A stretch of 64,000 nt of DNA, from assembly GCF_048593235.1 (NCBI RefSeq), contig NC_133618.1:47092478-47156477 (forward strand). The letters are read 5' to 3'. A program made the position numbers and the translations under genes. Below are positions 63,022-64,000 of this stretch, in pieces. The notes beneath the pieces are model-generated. The model was not told the DNA's origin. It made no database searches and worked only from the letters and a program-made list of their open reading frames with translations. The stretch's first letter is position 1; each line of letters begins with the position of its first letter. The DNA is from Sminthopsis crassicaudata. Taxonomy: Eukaryota.

Positions 63022-64000
63022 TGGGATGGGAGGTTGCTGATTTTGAGCCCATTTTGTTACCTGGCCCAAGGGTAAAGAACCTCACCCATGAGTTTTAATT
63101 GTTTTAGCTGAAGTTGGCTGTGAGCCTACATTCTCCTCTGTGTAGCTTGTCTAGCTGCTTTTGCTGTAGGAATAAGAAAGCTTACATTTGTGTTTGCTTT
63201 CTTACTCATCTGCCTGATAATTCATCAAGGATTTTGACCCAAATTACAATCTGACTTAGGTCCCACTTGTATATAACATCTTTAATATTGTTCCTGGGCT
63301 AAATGCACAATCACCTTTGACGGTTTTGTCAGTTAATGGACTGTTTATGTTGGAAATTATCTGGGAAAGTGGTTGGATGGCAAATAAACCAGAGAGATGG
63401 AAGTTAAATTTCAGTTCTTGTTCACTTAAAGACTCAAAACCAGTACCAAGCACAGTGATTTATCTTTGGCAAACTGCTTTGCTAAGAGATCAATGCTATG
63501 CTGTGGGGATGTATTGAATAGTATATTACTTGGCATACCAGTGTCTTTTAGCCCCATTTCAGTTTCTAGGTTTGGGGCTTACTGAGACACACCTAAGTTT
63601 TTTACACTGATTAAAAACAAGGGGGATGAGGACCTCTAAGAAATAAGACTGCTATTCTCGTGTGCAAATTTTTATTTTGACAAATACATCATAGTATAAA
63701 AACTTTGACCTTTTTGAAAAGTGAAAAAAATGCAGGTAAAAAATAAATACATTTACAAATCATTGTAGAAATAAGTAATTACAAAAGATCAGAAAAACCC
63801 TCATTAAAATGGGATTTAAGAGAAAAACCAAATCTTTCAGTAATATAAATTCTCTTCCCTTGCATGAAATAGGGATAAAGCAGAAGATGTTTGGTTTTGT
63901 GTTTTACAGAAAATATAAAAAATAACTTATAAAAACCAGTCGAGGTTGAAAGTTGTGAGCCCACTTAATCTGCTTCTGCTCCTTTCTATCTGGAAGTCTG

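Overview
Mammalian genomic DNA, most likely from an Australian dasyurid marsupial (inferred from WSINE1/MAR1 SINEs and OC1-type hAT MITEs). The window is syntenic to the human SNTB2-UTP4-CHTF8/DERPC locus. It contains: SNTB2 exon 1 (minus strand, 8679-9243) in a CpG island; the complete UTP4/CIRH1A gene (minus strand, 15 coding exons summing to 2061 nt = 686 aa + stop, every junction checked as GT-AG); a compact bidirectional CpG-island promoter near 52.9 kb; and CHTF8 (plus strand, 121 aa, 3 coding exons), whose stop codon overlaps the start of a 678-aa DERPC ORF. The rest is SINE, L1, L2 and CR1 debris. Best leads: (1) an apparently precise intron loss in UTP4 giving an unusually CpG-rich fused exon; (2) a correctly framed -1 slippery heptamer plus an AUGA overlap linking CHTF8 to DERPC; (3) a Gly-rich pentapeptide expansion in DERPC; (4) an LTR-less class II ERV pol fragment nested in an L1; (5) a SNTB2 promoter VNTR and a tandemly duplicated exon 1/intron 1 junction; (6) G-tailed young SINEs. 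Repeat family names and human comparisons are from recall and need database confirmation.
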